Assembly (NCBI RefSeq): GCF_964194155.1
Contig: NC_135886.1
Location: 9,052,001 to 9,116,000 of the forward strand
Direction of reading: 5' to 3'
From: Cetorhinus maximus
Lineage: Eukaryota
DNA length: 64,000 nt
The position numbers and the translations under genes were made by a program. Shown piece after piece: positions 63,435-64,000 of the stretch. The first letter of the stretch is position 1; each line of letters begins with the position of its first letter. Under the pieces are notes generated by a model. That model was given only the letters and a program-made list of their open reading frames with translations. It made no database searches and had not been told where the DNA came from.

Positions 63435-64000
63435 AGTTATAGAGTTAAAAATTAGCAGCTCTTATTTCTTTCTTTTGCCACAGGTTACAGACAATTTGTT
63501 TAATAATTATTTACTTGTTAAGTTTACAAACCTGGTGCTCATATTTTTTTAACCTAAATTAAACAGTTAGGTAGAATTGGGGCAATTTGGTGGGCTGATT
63601 AAACTTGGCACATTTCTCTCAGCTCGGGGAGCAGTGGGGCTTGACACTGCAGCGCACTATCCCCAGTGAATCATGACACAGTAAAGCCCCATCTGCCTGC
63701 ATGGGTGGATGGAAAAGATCCCATGGCACCATTTTGAAGAAGAGGAGGGGAGTTCCCCCCAGTGTCCTGGCCAATATCTACACCTCAATCAACATCACAA
63801 AAACCCCTTTCTCAGCGACCTTTTAGGGGAGAGAGTTCCAGATTTCCATTACCTTTTGTGTGAAGAGGTGCTTTCTGATATCACACTTGAACACCTTGGC
63901 TCTAATTTTAAGGTTAAGCCCCCTTGTTACATTCTCCCCGCGCCCCCTCCCCCACTAGAGGAAATGATTTTTCTCTATCCATCCTGTCAACTCTTTTAAT

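Larger units (their letters stand above)
60987..63678 (+). mobile_element. LTR-like element inserted in a SINE and itself interrupted by a CR1
   Basis: TGTAAAGA...TCATGACA termini. The SINE sequence stops at about 60986 and resumes at about 63679. No clean TSD. Confidence 0.45.

Noticed and set aside
50420-64000. DSTYK, expected upstream of RBBP5 from human synteny
   Set aside because: No kinase-like or DSTYK-like exon was recognised in this interval.
1-64000. CRISPR arrays, rRNA or prokaryotic systems
   Set aside because: The sequence is eukaryotic with spliceosomal introns, and no regularly spaced repeats or rRNA motifs were seen.

Overview
Repeat-rich vertebrate genomic DNA, very probably from an elasmobranch (shark), judged by HE1/HER1-like, Deu-domain SINE, CR1 and Penelope-type repeats. 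Four protein-coding genes can be read. (1) The terminal exon of a divergent PDZRN3/PDZRN4/PDZD4-family gene (+, 3183-4544). (2) A complete two-coding-exon TMEM81 (-, 14702-14241 and 10174-9836, 266 aa). (3) RBBP5 (-, 14 firm coding exons from 49650 to 24245, plus a tentative last exon at 21551-21532, about 534 aa). (4) The first two coding exons of a probable IL-17 receptor family gene (+, 55211-55390 and a 25-nt microexon at 59533-59557), head-to-head with RBBP5. The TMEM81-RBBP5 block matches human 1q32 (recalled synteny), where I know of no PDZRN or IL17R gene, so both flanking genes may be genome-duplication paralogues lost in mammals. Other points of interest are a decayed duplicate of RBBP5 exon 4 with an intact donor site, Penelope-type minimal hammerhead ribozyme motifs, a solo-LTR family and nested insertions. 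All identifications come from reading the sequence and recalling family features; no searches were run.
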